Shown: one piece after another, positions 1 to 15,809 of the stretch
Numbering within the stretch: the first letter of the stretch is position 1
Layout of the letters: every line of letters begins with the position of its first letter
Source: Catajapyx aquilonaris
Taxonomy: Eukaryota
Direction: 5' to 3'
DNA length: 64,000 nt
Assembly (NCBI GenBank): GCA_000934665.2
Contig: KZ538523.1
Span: forward strand, 1 to 64,000
Notes under the pieces: generated by a model
The model's database searches: none
The model's input: only the letters and a program-made list of their open reading frames with translations
Told to the model about the DNA's origin: nothing
Translations under genes and position numbers: made by a program

Positions 1-3000
1 TCGAATCCCCGCTTTGAATGATGACAGATGCCATTATATACTCAACAATGGAAGCAAAAATGTGAAAAACAAATGCCTTCATAATGGCAAAAAAAAAGAA
101 AGAAGCGGTGCCTCTCTCCCCATAAATCCCGAAGCGATGCGTCCAGACTAGGTGGGGTCCAACACGGAAACAAGATATTGGTTATTAGGGGCCCGTAATG
201 CTTTTGGCCATTTCCTGGCGCCGTTACCAATATTTCTTATAAGCCGATATTCATTACTCTCCATCCCTCCCCGTCCGCGTGAGAGAGACACAGCCAAGAG
301 AAGAAATAAACGACTGAGGATGGCGCGGAGCAGGAGTCCTTTGAAGTGGGAATTTGGAGGGGAAATGGGCTCAAATCGCCCAAACCTAAATCAGATTGAG
401 GCTGCAGACAAACCATGAAAAAGGAAGATCCCCCAGCAACTGATGGAAAAAAACCCAGCCTTTCCCCCCTCCTTACACGCACAAATGACTACAACTCTGC
501 TAAAATGCTTTACGCAGCAGTGTGTGCCAGCTCGCAGAAAATTATTTAGCAGTAATAACGTGTGGTCAGCCCCCGTCACTTACCCCCTCCCCCATTCATA
601 CAAAAAAGGGTCCGGTTGTTTACAGCCTTAATGATTGCGACTAATCCGGGTCTTAAATATTCAGCCCATATCCTCTCCTCCCCAGTCATTAGTTGCGAAT
701 GAACGGCCACAACACTGATATCCTAATGCGCACTTAAAAATAAAATGTTATTATTTTATGCAGCAGGCCCGTGATTAGAGAAAATAAACCAGAGGAGGCT
801 CCTCCGAGACGTGATTCCGCACAAGATCCGAGACATTTGAGAGAGGCACGTCTCTCTCCTCAAACCGTGAATACACATGCCTATTTTCCCTTCCACCTTT
901 TTAGGTGGTCAAGTAAAGAAAATCTCCACCACTTGTTTTGACAAGGCCAAGGGGTCTATTATCCGCCCCCTAGAATCCTGCGGCATAGACACAGACATCT
1001 GGGCATCCCCCCTCTCCCTTTACGCAAGCCTCGCATTGGAATTCTCTGAGCCGCATGGCTCTCCGCAAGATGAATACCCGAAAATGACGGACGCCATCTC
1101 AAAAACTCGCTCGTTTTGTTAGCGGCCCGCAAGTTGGACGGATACTGATATGAGTTTTGTTGGCCAACTGCCTTCCTGCCCAGCTCACGTCCCTGCCGGC
1201 TTTGTAACCCTGCGCCCCCGAGTTAGTCCGCCCTTCATTCCTATGCTGCGGACGACCTGAAATATTTACAAGATTCCCTTCTCTTTCCTATCGTTTTTTC
1301 TCCCTCCCCATACTATATCCGGGCCCTCAAACCACCATCTTCAAGTATTTCTGAGGCGCGGAATTTTTTTTCTTCTCTCTCTCTCTCTCTTCCTACTCCT
1401 CATCCACCTTTCCCCCCCTCTTCTATACTCCTCTGCTCTCCAACCTTCTTTCCTCATCATTTTCAAAGGGGTGGAATTTCATAACTACGCTTGATGCGTC
1501 GATAAGCCCAAGAAATCCAATTTTGGGTGGAAAGTCTGGTGGAAAAAGTAAGTGTCGCACTCCCCGGGAGATACTGCTGATTAGAAAGTAATGGTTATAA
1601 GATGGATATCTGGGCGCCATATTACTAAGCCGCTTGAGCTGCTCCTGGAAAATAATGTCTTCTGCCTCTGTGTAAATATTTACCCACCGGTAAAGTGTAG
1701 GCAAGAAGATGGCCCTGCCTCACGATATCCGGACAGAACCTTCAGCAATAATTGTTCCAGCGTGTAAATTACCACGGAACATCTGGAGAAGGACTCTCTC
1801 GTGGCGCTTGCTGCAGGCTACATTAACACGCCTTAAACACTCCTGCGACACGACAAATTGCATTAAATCGCTGCTTTGGTCAGGCAGGCAGGTGGTGTAA
1901 GACAAATCCAAATATGTTTTCTCATCCCCCAGCTCACTAACAATCCGAATGGAGCGTGTGCTACCCAACTGATTAGTAATTTCACGGCTTCCAATCCGCA
2001 GCCTGTTATTCCCCCAGTTTACCAAAGTGGTGGCCCAACACTTTGCGCATTGTATGCGATGCCACGGTCGGAAGCGTGAAACTAATTCCTTTGCCTTCCG
2101 ATTCTGTCTCGAGTACTGACCCTACCGTGGAGAATTCAATGTCAATTCCTCCTCACGGTTCCCACCTGCTCCAGCTCCTCCTATATATTGTACCCTTTCT
2201 ACAAAGCCGGGGATGCCATCACATGACCGCAGATATCTGGTGATGATATATCAAAATGACTGCTTGTCTCTGGAGCATAGCAGGCGCGCAGCTAAATGGG
2301 AGTTCCAGGTGGCAGATATCCAGTATAAAATGGCAGGAGCCCATGTTTTTCAATGGTTAGAATAGGCCCGGAGCAGGCTCTTCTCTCCCGAGGGGTCTGT
2401 CCCACATCCCATGGATAAACATGCCTCCTTTCTTCTGGCCCCACCTTTTTTGTCTCCTTTTACAGCCTTTCACCTGCACGGGCAGATGGTCCTACCAGAC
2501 GTTTGATTTATGTTCGCTCAGAAATTTATTACTCGTTTCACGCAATGAAAATTACATTGCCGGGCTCATCATCCTATTGGATAGGCAACCCTTGCGTCAC
2601 ACTCGACAGGCCGTGCTGCGCGACCTTCAGGATAACCAGGATTTGCCAGTCTCGCAACGGGTGGCACGTCCGTTCGCGTCGAAACTGCCATTGTAACAGT
2701 TATAAAAAATGTACCGTACTCTTAAGTTTGGAATTAGGTCATCGTCCTTGTCATTGTTACGACGACTCGCTTATAAACGACAAATAAATATTACTATTTG
2801 TTATCAAATTAATATCTAGTTGGCTTAGACATTTTTCTGCATTGCTACTATTCGTACTAACAATTTGAGGTTTGATGTAAGGACGCTACACAGTGTGCAG
2901 TGTTTTGTTTTGGAAATGACAAAACGGGTTATTTCTCTGGCAGGATTATTTGGCTATGCTCAACCAAGACCTGAGTAATCCTGCGGGGAAAACAAGAGCG

Positions 3001-6000
3001 TTCCCCCCTTCTTAGCATCATCGTTAGCAGGTGGGGGAGGGAGTTTGGAGAATTTCCCCATTTCCCCTTGTCCATGATTCTCCCCCCCTTTTCTGCAAAG
3101 TCCCAGGGAACAGCTCCTTCGACGGCACTGCCTGCGACCTGAGCGAATTTTGTGTTTACGCCGGGATTGCTCCTTTCAGGGTCATTGAGAGGCTGAGGAA
3201 GGGAGGGGCCGGACAAAGAGCCCTAGCTGCATGAGGAAAAGGCGGCTCGGGGTGGACCTGAAGAGGATTAGGGGAAGCGGGGGAGAAATTCTCCAGCTCC
3301 AATAGGGCGCATTTGTTTGCCTAGCTTAGCGGAAAAGGTAGAGCAGATGATCCGGCGGGGGACCCCACAGTAATTGCTCTGCTTACCTTTTGCCAGCCTC
3401 CGCAGCTTAGTCTCCGGCCGCTTCTTCTCCGACCCCAGCACACTCCATTGTTTACTACTCTCCCCGAAAAGGAGCTTTGCGTCATTTCACTTTGATATCT
3501 CCCTAACGGGGGCACCCGTCTTTAACGGCCTGTACTTCCTCCGATGGTCAGCCAACGAACTTGTCTTTTCCATCAGACCGGGACTCGGCCCCAATTGATG
3601 TCCCTAATGATCGAGATATACCGTAGATATCCGCTCGATGGTGTGAAATTTTAAAAGTAAATAAGATGAGCGCAACAGGCCCATTGCATTGCCTAACGAA
3701 TCAAGAACATTGTGAACACTTATAATTACCTATAATTGGTGGTTTTTCCATAATTTTCTGAGACACCTCCCCTAAGAGAACTGGAAAAATGCAATAATTT
3801 CATTCAATAAATTATAATAATATGCAGTGCCATCGCCTACCGTCAAAAATTGACAGATGAAAAAAGACGTTCTGATATGCGAGAAAATATTAAGCTACAC
3901 AATTTTATTGCATGCAGGAAAAAGCCGTAAAGGGTCATAAAAATTCCACTGAAGAGACGGAATACCATGGGAAACCGGGCATGTGTGACGTCACAGACGC
4001 AAAAATGGACTGATCACTCGCAAAATAGTGTGAAAATGACTTCGAAATCACCCTCTCTTATTCTCGTGTGCATGGGAAGTGCTCCAGTACGAGGAAAATC
4101 CAACATTCCCTTGCCAAAGCGGCAGGGCATCTTCACCCACCAGCATACTCCAAAATATGGAACGCACGCTAATATCGCCAGTATACATAGGCAAAGGTAT
4201 AGTAATAGACCTCTGTACTCCAACTTTCATGGATCTGCTCTCAAAGTGGCTCAAAATAATACACCGTAAAGCAAAACCCCCCATTTCAATGCATCCAATG
4301 GCCATCCAATGGCGGCAAATAGACGAGAATTTATCATATTCAAGCTTGCAATGTACTAGGCATAATCGTACAAAATCTTTATGTGCAGGTGATACGGAGT
4401 CTATATGGTTTTATAAGCGTGTAATTTCGTTTAAAAATAAAATTCATTGTCAAAATAATTAAATAATTAAAAGATAATAATTTTTCCATTTACGTATAGG
4501 CTACTGTACTGTACTGTATATAATTCACCTTGAGTAACTAGCCGGAACTTCAAGCATACGTGATGTTATTTATAGCAATACTGTACATAAAGTATACAGT
4601 AGACTAGGCTTGCCATATAATTATTATAAAGGTGTACAAATAATAATTTTTGTACGCCTCTTATGTTAGAAACTGAGTTAGGTATAGCAGCAAGTATTGT
4701 TCAATATAAGTTACACCAATAACAGTGCATATTAGTTTTATATATCTATCGCAAATAAACTTGTTACATATATGAGTTTCTGGCTTATGCTGACAACTTT
4801 AATTGAAGGGTGGGGGCCTACTTCTTCTTTTTATCGAGCTGAAGCAAAAGTGATACCATGGAATAAGAATTTCCACAAGACAAAATTTGGTATCGCCGTA
4901 CTTAATAAAAGTTCTTGGAAGCCACGGGGAGAAAACTGCATTGCTTACGTTTCTTCCACTTGAATTTCAAAATATGCAAATTGTTTGAAAATAAGGATGG
5001 TCTGGGCGAATGAGAATAACAAAATTTCTTCTGATCAAATATTCCCTTCCGGATAGCAATGCCTTGTTTTCAAAGACGATTAAATGCAAAATAGAAGCTG
5101 AAGACTGGTTTTATATATAACTTAATGGTGGAGGGGGAAGAGGGGAAGGGAGTTCAGAGGAGGGAGAGAGCAAGAGAGGGGGAATAAGAAGGAGTTTTAA
5201 TAGGATCTATTCTATTAAACAAAATGAAACGTGATGGGAATTGCTGATCAACAGATATCATGATTTATAAGGCTATTCAGGAGAATAACGGCCATATTTT
5301 TATCCCAGACATGATATTTCAGGATATTTTCTACTAATCCGACCACATTTCCTATATATGATTTAGTTAATGTGATGGTTTAATACATGAGAGGTAAATT
5401 CAACAATATGAATGATGCCAGCAATTATTAATTTACATCAATTGGCATATCATAAGCATATCGCCATTCTACAATGCATATAATATCGTAAAACAAACAT
5501 CCATCAGTCTTATTATCTCATTCTAACAGGTAGGCTGCTAATTTTATGTATCAGAATAATTACTATACAAGCCAAACATTTCAGGAGGTGTTATTGTATA
5601 AGCTTTTGTTCCTAACTTAAAGTTGTAATTATGAACATCACGAGCCATTACTTTATTAGCAACAAGTTCTAAATTGTGTGATGGCTTTTTGATCGATAGA
5701 GAAAAGCCCATGAGGCCAAAAATACGTGACATTACACCGGAAAAAGAGTGAAAACTTCATGGCATGTCAGATGCTTATTACACGACATATTTTCTATGTA
5801 CTGTCTATCTTCGTATACAACCATTTTTATCGTTGCTGTGGGGAACGTTAAAATACCTATATTCGGCACATATCAGACATGCATACAAGAAAGGCATGAT
5901 GACATAAATGCGCATTTAAATGACTAAAATTCAGCCTAGGTATTTTTAAAATTGCTTCAAAATTGAACAGCGAAGCCTTTAGAATTTTTTGCCACAATTC

Positions 6001-9000
6001 AACTGGAGAAGAACTGGAGAAGTCTGTTCATGAAGAGAACGGCAATCGTGTGAGTCATGTAGTACCAATTTTCCTCTTAGGTGCACCTACTGTGCAGTTT
6101 ACAGCTTCCCTTGTGCTGAGCTTTGGCCCTCCTCCAGCCTCAAAATATACTCTCCTATAACCAAAGATCATAAAACCCCAACCGCTTAGTTGTAAAATTG
6201 AATTAAGATGCCACTAAAAAGTTTCACCGAGGGCAGTTTCCTCTCAGAATATGATGCAGGAGAAATGTGGGCAGCGCAGAATGACGTCGTCCTCTGCTCC
6301 AAGGGTCATGCTGGCAACCAAATGTAATGGTCCTTCACGTCGGCCACCAACCGTCCGTCACTCTAGCAAACAGCAACCTTGTTACATGTACAGTATGTTG
6401 CTCTCAGATCGTAATGGGCCACGTTTATGGGACAGGTCTGTGTGCAGTGCATCTTGGGTACTAACCTGTCGAACGCTCCTGGATTTCGCTAAGTTATTGC
6501 GTTTAAGCATGAACTTCAGAAATGCAACTAGTCCGCTTCCCAAGCTCCTTTTTTCGTATCCCATTCAAAATATGCATTATGAACAGGTCAAATTTCCTGT
6601 CAAACTAGCCAGTGCCAGACACAAGTTGCACAGTTTCCCATACCTGAGATGGATCTTTAGTGCACATATTAATAGTGTAATAATCCAAATATTGTAACAT
6701 GGTGAAATGACCCTGGGTAACCCAAGTTCTAACAGCAATCCATAATATTCGAGGCATTCCAAAGTGCTCTCTTTCAGCCCGACGCCATGGTCAAGACCCG
6801 AAAACCTGAATGGTTCCTCTCCTTGCTCCGACTACTCTTCGCCTCTTGCTCTAGCGGTTTGATGGCATGACAAGCTTTCAGCTGCCCTTCTTGTTTCTCA
6901 TCCCCCTACCCCCTCCTCCTTTTCCATCCCGCCTCCCAAAACTATTCCCCACGCTGTTGTTGCCTCCTTCATCTGAGGTCTTCCTGATAAAAATCGCAGG
7001 CAGACAGATAAGCCCCAACAAAAAAAAGGGAGGAAAAGAGCGGTATTCCCAGAGTGCCTTTTCGAGAAAACTCTCTTCGCAACCAATCCCCATACTGACC
7101 TAGTCATTGAAACCGCCATTCTATCCAGGGGTACCGCTAGCTCCATAAAAGTTGTCAGCATCCCTACAAACTCAACGGACCGCAGGCTCCCAAAGTAAAT
7201 GCAATCAGATCCAGCAAGTGTGAAGAGAGAAAAAAGCTGGACACCCAACATATACCGTCTGACGTACCTTGCAATAAGGAACAAAAGTCGGCGTCAAAAC
7301 TGAAAAACATGTTCGGTAGCCCATTCGTCATGCCCTCCCTTTTTTCATTCCTTGAACCCAACCGCAAATGTTTTTTGATCCAAGGTTCGATAAATAGGTG
7401 CTAAAAGGATCCCGAAGGCTCGTGATCCCCCCCCCCCCTCCTTCCACATCCGGATTCGAACCTAGAAGATTCAGCGACTTGTCAAGATGGTTGATTGGAA
7501 CGTTCTCTCATTTTAACCCCCCCCTCTTTACCAGCAACCGTGGGGGTTAATGGTTCAGGAGGAGGTTTTGTTAGCCTCCGTGACGAGACACGGAACGTCA
7601 AGTAGATAGTGCTGGCCATTTAGGTACAAAGTGAGACGTCAGCTCTTATTTTTTGTACGTGCGTTACAACTGTGTTTTTTGAGAGGAGGGTGCCGCATAA
7701 TCAATCGTTAAATCTATGTCATGCTTTTCAACCCCAGAGGGCCTGATGGGGAGGGGGGGGGACGGACATGACGGGGGTCGCAGGGAGATTCCGCCTGTCT
7801 TGACTTGAGCTGTTTATCGGCACCCTTTCGCAGTCAAACACCGATCGCGTTAATTCATCAGCACGCACCGTCGCACCCTGGGAACTAGGAATTCCTCCCC
7901 CGGTTCCATTTCCGCAGCTACTTATCATCCTGTCCCTTTCATCCATCCCTCGTGGTCGGTTCTGTCCGTCTCTAGGTCCTCTCCTCCAGCTCTCATCATC
8001 TTCTGTCTCACCTCCATTTCCTATTCACCCCGCAACCTCCTGGCCTTCCCTCCCCAACGACTCCTAATGCATTTCAACCGGGGGAATCCAGCCCCGGCAG
8101 CTCCCCAAAAACAAAGCTCCAAGTCGGTTTAGGCAGAATCAGACGGCCATGGAAACGCCATATACCACTCATCTCAATGCAATTTGGACTATATGGGACT
8201 GAGGGGGAGAGAACGCCATGCCGCACACGGATATCCCTATATACCTTTGCTGTGCCGTCGATTCACATGCAAAGTGCAGGGATCCACGTCCGGTGTCGCC
8301 GCAGCGTCGTAAGGTCAAGATTGCTTATGCACGCCGTTGTAATGACAGTCGCGCACTGAATTTATATGCACGAAGGGTGATGCTCATTAAAATATTACCA
8401 GCACGACGTGTTCAAGTCCGGAGACAAAATTAGACATGAATTGCATCCAGACAAGTTGGGCAGAATTTTCAGATTTAAAAATGGTCACCAAATGGAGTCA
8501 ACATTATTTTTGTTATTGAGAGTCAAATGAACCTTAATGTCAAAAAAGAAACCAAAAAAATAGGATGAGTATACACCGCAAGATGAGGTGTATTTCTCAT
8601 GCGAACTGATTCGAATGCGGGGTAGGAACTAGCTGCGACTTAATGCGCTTTTCCTGAGTAAGACATGAGACACAGCCCAATATACTTTTTCATTTCCTGC
8701 GACTGCGACTTGGGATTAATTATGCCCGAGCCGGAAAAAAATGTCGACCTGTTGCGAACCGGTGTTTGGATGGTTCTTTTCAAAATAAATGCCTCCCAAT
8801 CTGTGCCTCCCATTTGTTTTCTCATTTAGTAGACACGAGAAGCACAGGTTCTTGCATCGCAAACTGGCTCCCACCTCATCCATCCTTTCCTCCAAACGGC
8901 CTCCCCAAACTTTCTTCCCCCGCCCAGTTTTTCTAATGGCTTTTTTTTTTACTTCTTCTTCTTCCTTCGCTTACTCTCTTTTCCTCTTACCCCGCAAAAC

Positions 9001-12000
9001 AAACAGGGGAAAAAAGATGAGCCCTGTACACAGGCATAATCCTATTTATAATATTTCCCTGCCACTTCCATGCTGGAAGTTCCGGTAATAAATTAGGCAG
9101 CCAATTAAACCTAGCCCTTCCGTCCTGACTTTGGCTCATTTGTCAGCAGGCTTTTCCATTTCCAAGGAGGCATAGTAGGCCCATCCCTTTCCTTTCTGCA
9201 AAGCACGGAGGCGTGGAGTATGGCACGCTTATACAGACAGCTCCGAAGCTGGCCGCCATTTATCACGATCGTTTTCCCTTTTCTTCCTCTGTGCACCCTT
9301 CCAGAACAGTAACAGTGCTGGACTGGGTACTCACTTGGGATGGGGAGGGAATGAATAGACAGATCGCTCCAGACTCAGCCATATCCGAGCCTGTGTTGCA
9401 TTGCCTGCAACACTGAATGCAAATGCTGGTAGCTCCCTGGTCTCTCAGAGCAGTTTAGGGGCGGCTTTACTTCACCCAGTTCATCATTATAAATATGGAA
9501 TCAGTCTTGATTTCAAATATCGGCATTATTGATGTGGGATTTGCCTTCATTGGCCTTTTTGCTGGACTATTTTGGATTAAATTATGGCAGCCGACGGTCG
9601 TTTTAATAAGGAGCGTCCTAATCAATGAATATTTCATGTAATTATGAGACCCGGTACTGATAGATTTATGCAAGTAATCCTCTAAAGAGTTTATCATGTG
9701 TACTATTTTTGGGAGGCCACGTTGATTGAAATAACAGTAACTTAAAGTATAGGTTGTCCTACCTGTTTTGAAAAGGGCGGCCGCAAAGCAGATGTTTTCC
9801 TACAAAGTATGCCATGGTGCACAGATGTCGCCACCAGACAGGGCAGCCACTGAAAAGAAAGAAAGCAATCCAATGAAGTGAAGGGGGAGAAAAACCCACA
9901 GATCAGCACAGATGCATCAAAACAAAACTAGCAGTATTATTAGTGTAACCAGAAAGTCGGGCAAATAAGTGCACTTCATAAGGTTACATTGAACTTGAAA
10001 GTTTCGTAAGAACGGGTGAAGGGGAACTCCTTTCTTTGGCGTGAATGCCCTCTCCCCGGGACTGCACCAAGGGCCCTCCGTAACTGGCCTAGAAAAGTGC
10101 AGTACTAAAATTTCATAGGTTCATAAATATATTTCTTCTGATAAAGCAGGAACGAGAGACAATTTTTCCGGCGTGATAACGGCAGAGAACAAAAAGGGAA
10201 AGAGAAAGTAGCAAAAGTGTGAGCCGAGAAAAGTTGGAGGAATAAGGGAATATGTGGCTCACTGCTATCACGCCTATAAAGCAGTATTAAAATTTTGCTA
10301 AACGCATTCTTAAATTAAGGTCGCGGCTGATCTCCCAGTTTTGTGCTATAATGTAACATTTTTTTACTGTTTAATAAAAATGATACTAAGCAATATAGAG
10401 AAATGTTATTTCTAATTGCTTCATTTTCAGCCAATCAAATACGCTTCTTACATTAGTAAAAGACATTTCAACAATTTTCAACCACTGCAACTCGAAGAGT
10501 GCAACATAAATACTCAGGCCATCGAGACACTAAAATCCATACGCTAACAATAACCACATGTCATTTCCCCCCTTCTCCCATTACGTTCTTCCCTCCGATT
10601 CTGATAGGGCAACACGAGAGTCTAAAATATCTCCGGCAGGCGAGTACCAATACAATATTTTAGGCCGAAATATTTTATTGCTCGACGATGGTCTCAACAA
10701 GAGCCATAATTATAATGGCGCTGGGGAAGAAAAACATTTAGAGACGAAGTGTCGGTCGGAGGCGATGGGGGGAGGTTCCTTTTGTTGGAGATAACGAGTG
10801 GAAGAGGGCCCATAAAATGAGGGAGGAGTTGGTTGGGAGGCTCACACTCGGCCATGAAACACTGGGCCTGCCTCGGGACGACAGGTAGCAAGAAAGACAC
10901 GATGGAAACACCTGATAAACCAGTCCACCCGGACGACAAAAACGGGCGAGTGGGAAAAGCTTTCGCTTGTCTCCTCCGCCATTTCCAGCACATTTACATC
11001 AAATTAGGCTGTCGAATGAGAACAGCGGGAATGTCGCGACCAAAATCTATGCGCGCCCATCCGATGGGCGGGGACGGGTTGGGGCGCTAATAAGGGAAAG
11101 GAAGGAAGATGCTGAGGTCACAATCTCGAATGTGCCCACCACCACCTTCTTCTTCTACTTTTTTTTTGTACTTACAACCACCCCTCATAACCTCACTCCC
11201 TCCCTACGATCTTATCTCCTGACGGTGAGCTTCTAATGGATTATGAGTGTCTGCCCGACATTAACATGCTTGTTGTTTATTCCGTTTTTTGTGTGTTCGT
11301 GCCGTTCATATTTCATAGGCGCATTTTTTGAGGGGGTAGTACGACCACGTGCATAAGAAACCAGAATTATTCGGCCGCTGATGAGCGCTCCCCTTCACGT
11401 CAGGAGACTGACGTTATCGTGAACTCATCTTCTGAACGTTCCTGTGCCCCAGGCTCAATGACGCCGACGACACAAATCGTTTCATTCTCAGTCACCTGTC
11501 ATTTCGAGGAGGCTGTCTTTTCCGGAAAAGATGGAAGCAACATGGTGAGCGATTAGATGCTCCAAGATCCAGTTTGTGAGACGGTGAACCAGAAAACAAC
11601 AACGTGTTGATATTTCTTAAACTATCGGAGTCTCAACACGAATCGGACTTTACAAACCAGGTACCCTATGCAGTCAAAGCCTCTAGGAACATTAATTTTT
11701 CTTCTTATTCCTCAAGTATGGCTTATTGCATAAATAATAATTTGAGTAGGTCATTATCAAAACCAGGTTATAGCTTCTTCCGGTAGAACACTTCAAAAAA
11801 CATTAATTTCAAATTTAATGAGCCTTTTCACGGTCGAAGATACCTTGCCCAATGGGAGGTGAACGAGGTGAAAATATCAGTTCCATATATTGCAAATAAA
11901 AATTGACTATTTAGCGTAGAGTTGATGCCTGAAACCAAAAATTAACACACTTTTGACAACATGAGATAGCGTGGTTTCATGATAATGACCTGACTCATTT

Positions 12001-15000
12001 CATGATATTGGTAAAAACATGGGCAACTTTTTGAATGGGAAGGTTTTAACCTCCAAACTGTACACCTTTGCCTTCAATAAGAGGTTGAAAACAGATCATA
12101 TATTAAATACTGCGGATCAGGGGATGAAAAATCAGCTTAGAAAAGCTATCACTCGAGATTGTAGGGGGAGTAACCTTTTGAAAAACGTGGATATGAATGG
12201 CAGCGTCCCTCAGAAAGGCAAAAACCTAGCAATGTTTAGCTGTCATTTCGAGTCATAATTGCAGGGACATGTAGTGCATGCGCTAGGCGCTAATCCTTCA
12301 GGCTCCATTCTGACAGGGGGAAATACGAGCGGAAAGGTAGGGCGCAACAATAATGAATGGGGAGGGCATGAACAGTAGGCACACAGAGCTCAAATATGGC
12401 ACTCGGGAAAATCCATCCAACAGCAGCAGCAGCAGCAGCTAAGCCGGTGAATTGTTATCTGAGACGCGTCGCAGACGCCATTCCATTCACAGGAGTCTTT
12501 CCTTCGACACTGGATCCCATTCCGTGTTCCTTACTGCATACAATAGCGAGCACGGTTGCCTACGTTTCAATTGGCTGCTCTTCCGAGTTGTCTCCTGGGT
12601 AAAAGCGCTTGAGTCTTATTAGGCAACAAAGCTCCTCTCTCCCTTCTGTCTGTCCCTGGCTGTGCCTCCCTCGCCAACACTCCAGCAAAGAAAACAGGCC
12701 CGGATTGAGTGAGGCCTTCCACAATGTCTCGCCAGCACTTCTTCTTCCTCCTTCAGGCGAAGGATGGCACCCCCGCGCTTTCCAGCCTCCTCTTGGGACG
12801 GCTTAGAGGATTCTCTTCCGCTTTTCCGATCCCTATTTCAACGCGGCCTAAATTATACATCTCCCTTTTCCCCTCCCCTCCAACCCGACTTTCCAAAAGG
12901 GCTACCGGAATAAAGCTCCTTGCATCCCCCTCCACCCTTCCACTCCTTCCCCCCATTTATTGACCCGGGCGATAAAGTAATAATTTGTGGGCCGCAACGA
13001 GGCCTGGATAATGCCTCTTACATTCTAATGACTTCCTTTCCACCGTTCGCTGCAGGTGAGCCGCCATTCCGCCCACACTCGATTCTTGGTCTGCGGTGTA
13101 TCGCCATCACAGTTACCCCTTTTGTGTGTTCGGAATATCCATCTCGCACACGGCGTGTCCCCACAGAAAATAATAATGTACAACAGCAACAAAAATAGCG
13201 TTTTCCCCCTGCCGACGCCTCCGACGCCCCGATATTTCCTCAATGCGGGGGCAATATTTTCCAGGGGACCGATTGCGGCGTGTCATGCTTTGTCCTCATT
13301 CATCGTGGCGGGCGCCAGCTGAGAAAGTGATGAACTGTCATTGGGGAAATTCGAAAACCTGCAGGGGTAATCGGAGCTCGTTTGCAAACTCGGGCAAACT
13401 CGGAGGCCCGCCGCTGTGCATAATTAGCCTGACCTTCCTTTGTTGGAGAGCTAACAATGTGCCCGGCCTATAATTTACCCCGGAAATAACGTAAGGTCAA
13501 ATCCTTCACGAAGAGATTGATGAGCAGAGAGCAATAATGTAAAGCTATTCTCAAAAAAAAAAAAAAACTGTTGCAGTGCACGGGCAAAATAACTAGAGAT
13601 TTTTTTAAAACTTTGCAGAGTATACCATCGATTTAAAATTTCGCCACGTGTTAGGCAATTACTTTCTCTCGGAAACTACCGGACGTTTATTCCGAAAAGG
13701 GGAACCTTGTCAGGAAAGTCTACTAACACTTTGGGCAGAGCCCAAGGGAGGGGTTGTAGGGCGAAGGGATTCGTTTAATTCGCGCCTTTAGGCATGGTTC
13801 GCGTGGCAGACGCACTACGTTGGAGGCTTTTCCAAGAGAACCGGGATTTTCCATGTGGATAGGTCTTGATATTAATGGCGGGCACGAGAGCAGCTGCTCC
13901 TACTCAAATGGAACACCCAAGAAGGCGGGAATTGTAGGCGAAACTGCAGGATTAGAGAGAAGTCTGGGAAAGGGATATTAATAGAGGTCTTGATGCTGCT
14001 TGCATTCGATCGCGACCCAGCCCCTTTCCCCCCAGAAGCGAAATATTGTCACACACACCTCCAGACTAGAAAATTCATTATTTGGAGAGCCCAAGACCCC
14101 CTCAGAGGAGAGAGTATTCGCTTCTGCGAAAAGCCCCCAGCCAGTGAATCGGGTGCAGTTCAAAATTGCCAATTCCTAGCCCCCTCCCCCCCTATCCCCT
14201 GGTTGAAATACTGAAACTCCTTCCGAGTTTCTCAAACTGCAGAATGGCTACTGAAAAGGCAATGAAGAGGAGGTGCGAGGTTATCGAGAAACGATCTCCA
14301 CAGCTGAGCGGAAAGATCCACCCCATCCTCTCCCAGGCAAGTTTAACCGCTCTTTACACGTTTGTCAATAGAGCGTCAAAGTTGGCACACCATCCTCAAA
14401 GCACGAACATTTTAAAAATTTCTACTAGCACGATTTGAATGCGTGTTATCAGAACCAATTTGCTTCCTAATTTATTGCTGGCGTCATAAATACCCCCGGC
14501 TGCCATCTTCCCCCCCCCACCCCCCCNAATCAAGATAAATAAAAACCGATTCTGTTGAAGCCCAATCAACAGGAATGTTAAGCTGCCATCAGCATAAGCC
14601 CTCTTTACACCATCTTGTCCTCTGGATTGTCTTCCACCAGAATTTGAGTCACGTTCCTCCAGAGCAGCCGGCAAGTGTGTTCTACCCCTGAGAATAACGA
14701 GCTAAGGATATAGGTTGTCTCTCCCCCTCCTTCCCCCCTCCCCCATCCACCTCCCCCTTTTTTTCTCTTCCCTTCGAATCCGAAGATGACAGTAAAGTTT
14801 TATTGGTGTTCCGCGTTTTATTTAGCCCGGATCCGAGCCTCACCTCGCCATTGATGGCAGCCCCAGCAACAAGAGCGGCCCAAAGCTGCGCTTGATGTCT
14901 GCAGCTCATCTCGCCACCAATATAAAGAAAAGCTATATGACCGTGTGCTGTAGGCTGGCCCGATCCGAATCCAATACCGTAGGGAATGAAGTCCAGATCT

Positions 15001-15728
15001 ATAATGTGCAGTAAAACCCTTACTCGATGAAGTCGGAAAGTATATACCGACTGCCAAAACGCGTTAACTGTCGGCCCGGGGTAACTCAAACGACTCTTCA
15101 TCAGCAGGATGAGCTCCAGGGTGAGAAGAGAGTGGTATCACACTGGCACTCACATGCTCACTGCAATGGAGTTTATCATCTCTCATAATTATGATGCTGG
15201 GAATAAGTATGCGCCTTAAGATGCAGTGAGCAAAAGTCAAGCCCATCCCAAAATAGATCTCTTCAATAAGAATCCTCATCTGTATATTTATCATGGAGAG
15301 TTGGGAAGCCCGATGCATTCTTGCCATCCTTACTTACTTGCTATAGTTTATAGATATTACTAATAATTACATCTACAAAAACACATCCATTTAAAAAAAT
15401 ATATTGTCCTGAACAGCCCAGGATGTGGCAGCTATATACGTATATATGTAAACAGCGTGTCTCTGGCACGTCTCTGTGTCATGGCATATCTCTCCGTGAT
15501 TGATCAGCGTGAATGCACAAGAGTCTAGATGCATTAACGCCGATGTAGTGCCGATAATAAAAACAGGTAAATATTGTTTCAATAAGGTCGCCCTGTTTTG
15601 TTTTGTCCTACGCATTGTATTACAGTGCACGAGTATTATGCAACCCCAAAACAGGCTCGATTTTGTCAACAACATGTTTCACAACACTGGCCTGTGTACG
15701 TGTCAATCCTACCAAGCAAACACCTCGA

Positions 15729-15808
<80 letters not shown>
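15729..15808. repeat. (ATT)n microsatellite, ~26 units
   Basis: Uninterrupted trinucleotide run; source of the poly-Y/L/I ORFs. Confidence 0.97.
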
Positions 15809-15809
<1 letters not shown>
